Below are positions 63,891 through 64,000 of a DNA stretch of 64,000 nucleotides, in pieces. The stretch covers positions 310,001-374,000 of the forward strand of contig OZ374557.1 of NCBI GenBank assembly GCA_977862235.1, read 5' to 3'. Each line of letters begins with the position of its first letter. Position 1 is the first letter of the stretch. Source of the stretch: Dudresnaya verticillata (Eukaryota). Made by a program: the position numbers and the translations under genes. The notes beneath the pieces are model-generated. The model had not been told where the DNA came from. It was given only the letters and a program-made list of their open reading frames with translations, and searched no databases.

Positions 63891-64000
63891 AGCGTCCGAG
63901 TGACGCATACACCTTTGGGCAGTTCGGGTCCAGGGGTAGTGTCTCAGAGACGGTGTGTGAAACCTGATTTCCAATGTTTGAGACTTTTTTGTTCCTCACA

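Overview
Eukaryotic, repeat-dominated DNA. The intronless genes and element types suggest a red alga such as a Chondrus/Gracilaria relative (inference only). It holds one island of three host genes, all disrupted: an EMC1-like gene, nitrate reductase and a C2H2 zinc-finger gene (4.4-12.1 kb). The rest is a deep nest of transposons. (1) A decayed chromodomain Ty3/Gypsy element (15.5-26.2 kb) carries a long antisense extra gene. (2) A second LTR family ('X') carries a distant homologue of that antisense gene, split by (3) a 20.1-kb CACTA/EnSpm-type DNA transposon (28959-49106; 17-bp TIRs, 2-bp TSD) with a transposase plus three large unknown genes. (4) One of those genes is split by a 4.5-kb tyrosine-recombinase retrotransposon (gag, RT-RNaseH-MT, YR) with an atypical repeat layout. 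(5) Several solo LTRs with TSDs sit inside other LTRs. (6) There is a TnpA-like ORF with a truncated Pif1 helicase, and (7) a decayed Ty1/Copia element. I see no rRNA, tRNA or CRISPR features. LTR family names H, S, X and C are my own labels, and all protein assignments come from motif reading by eye, not database searches.
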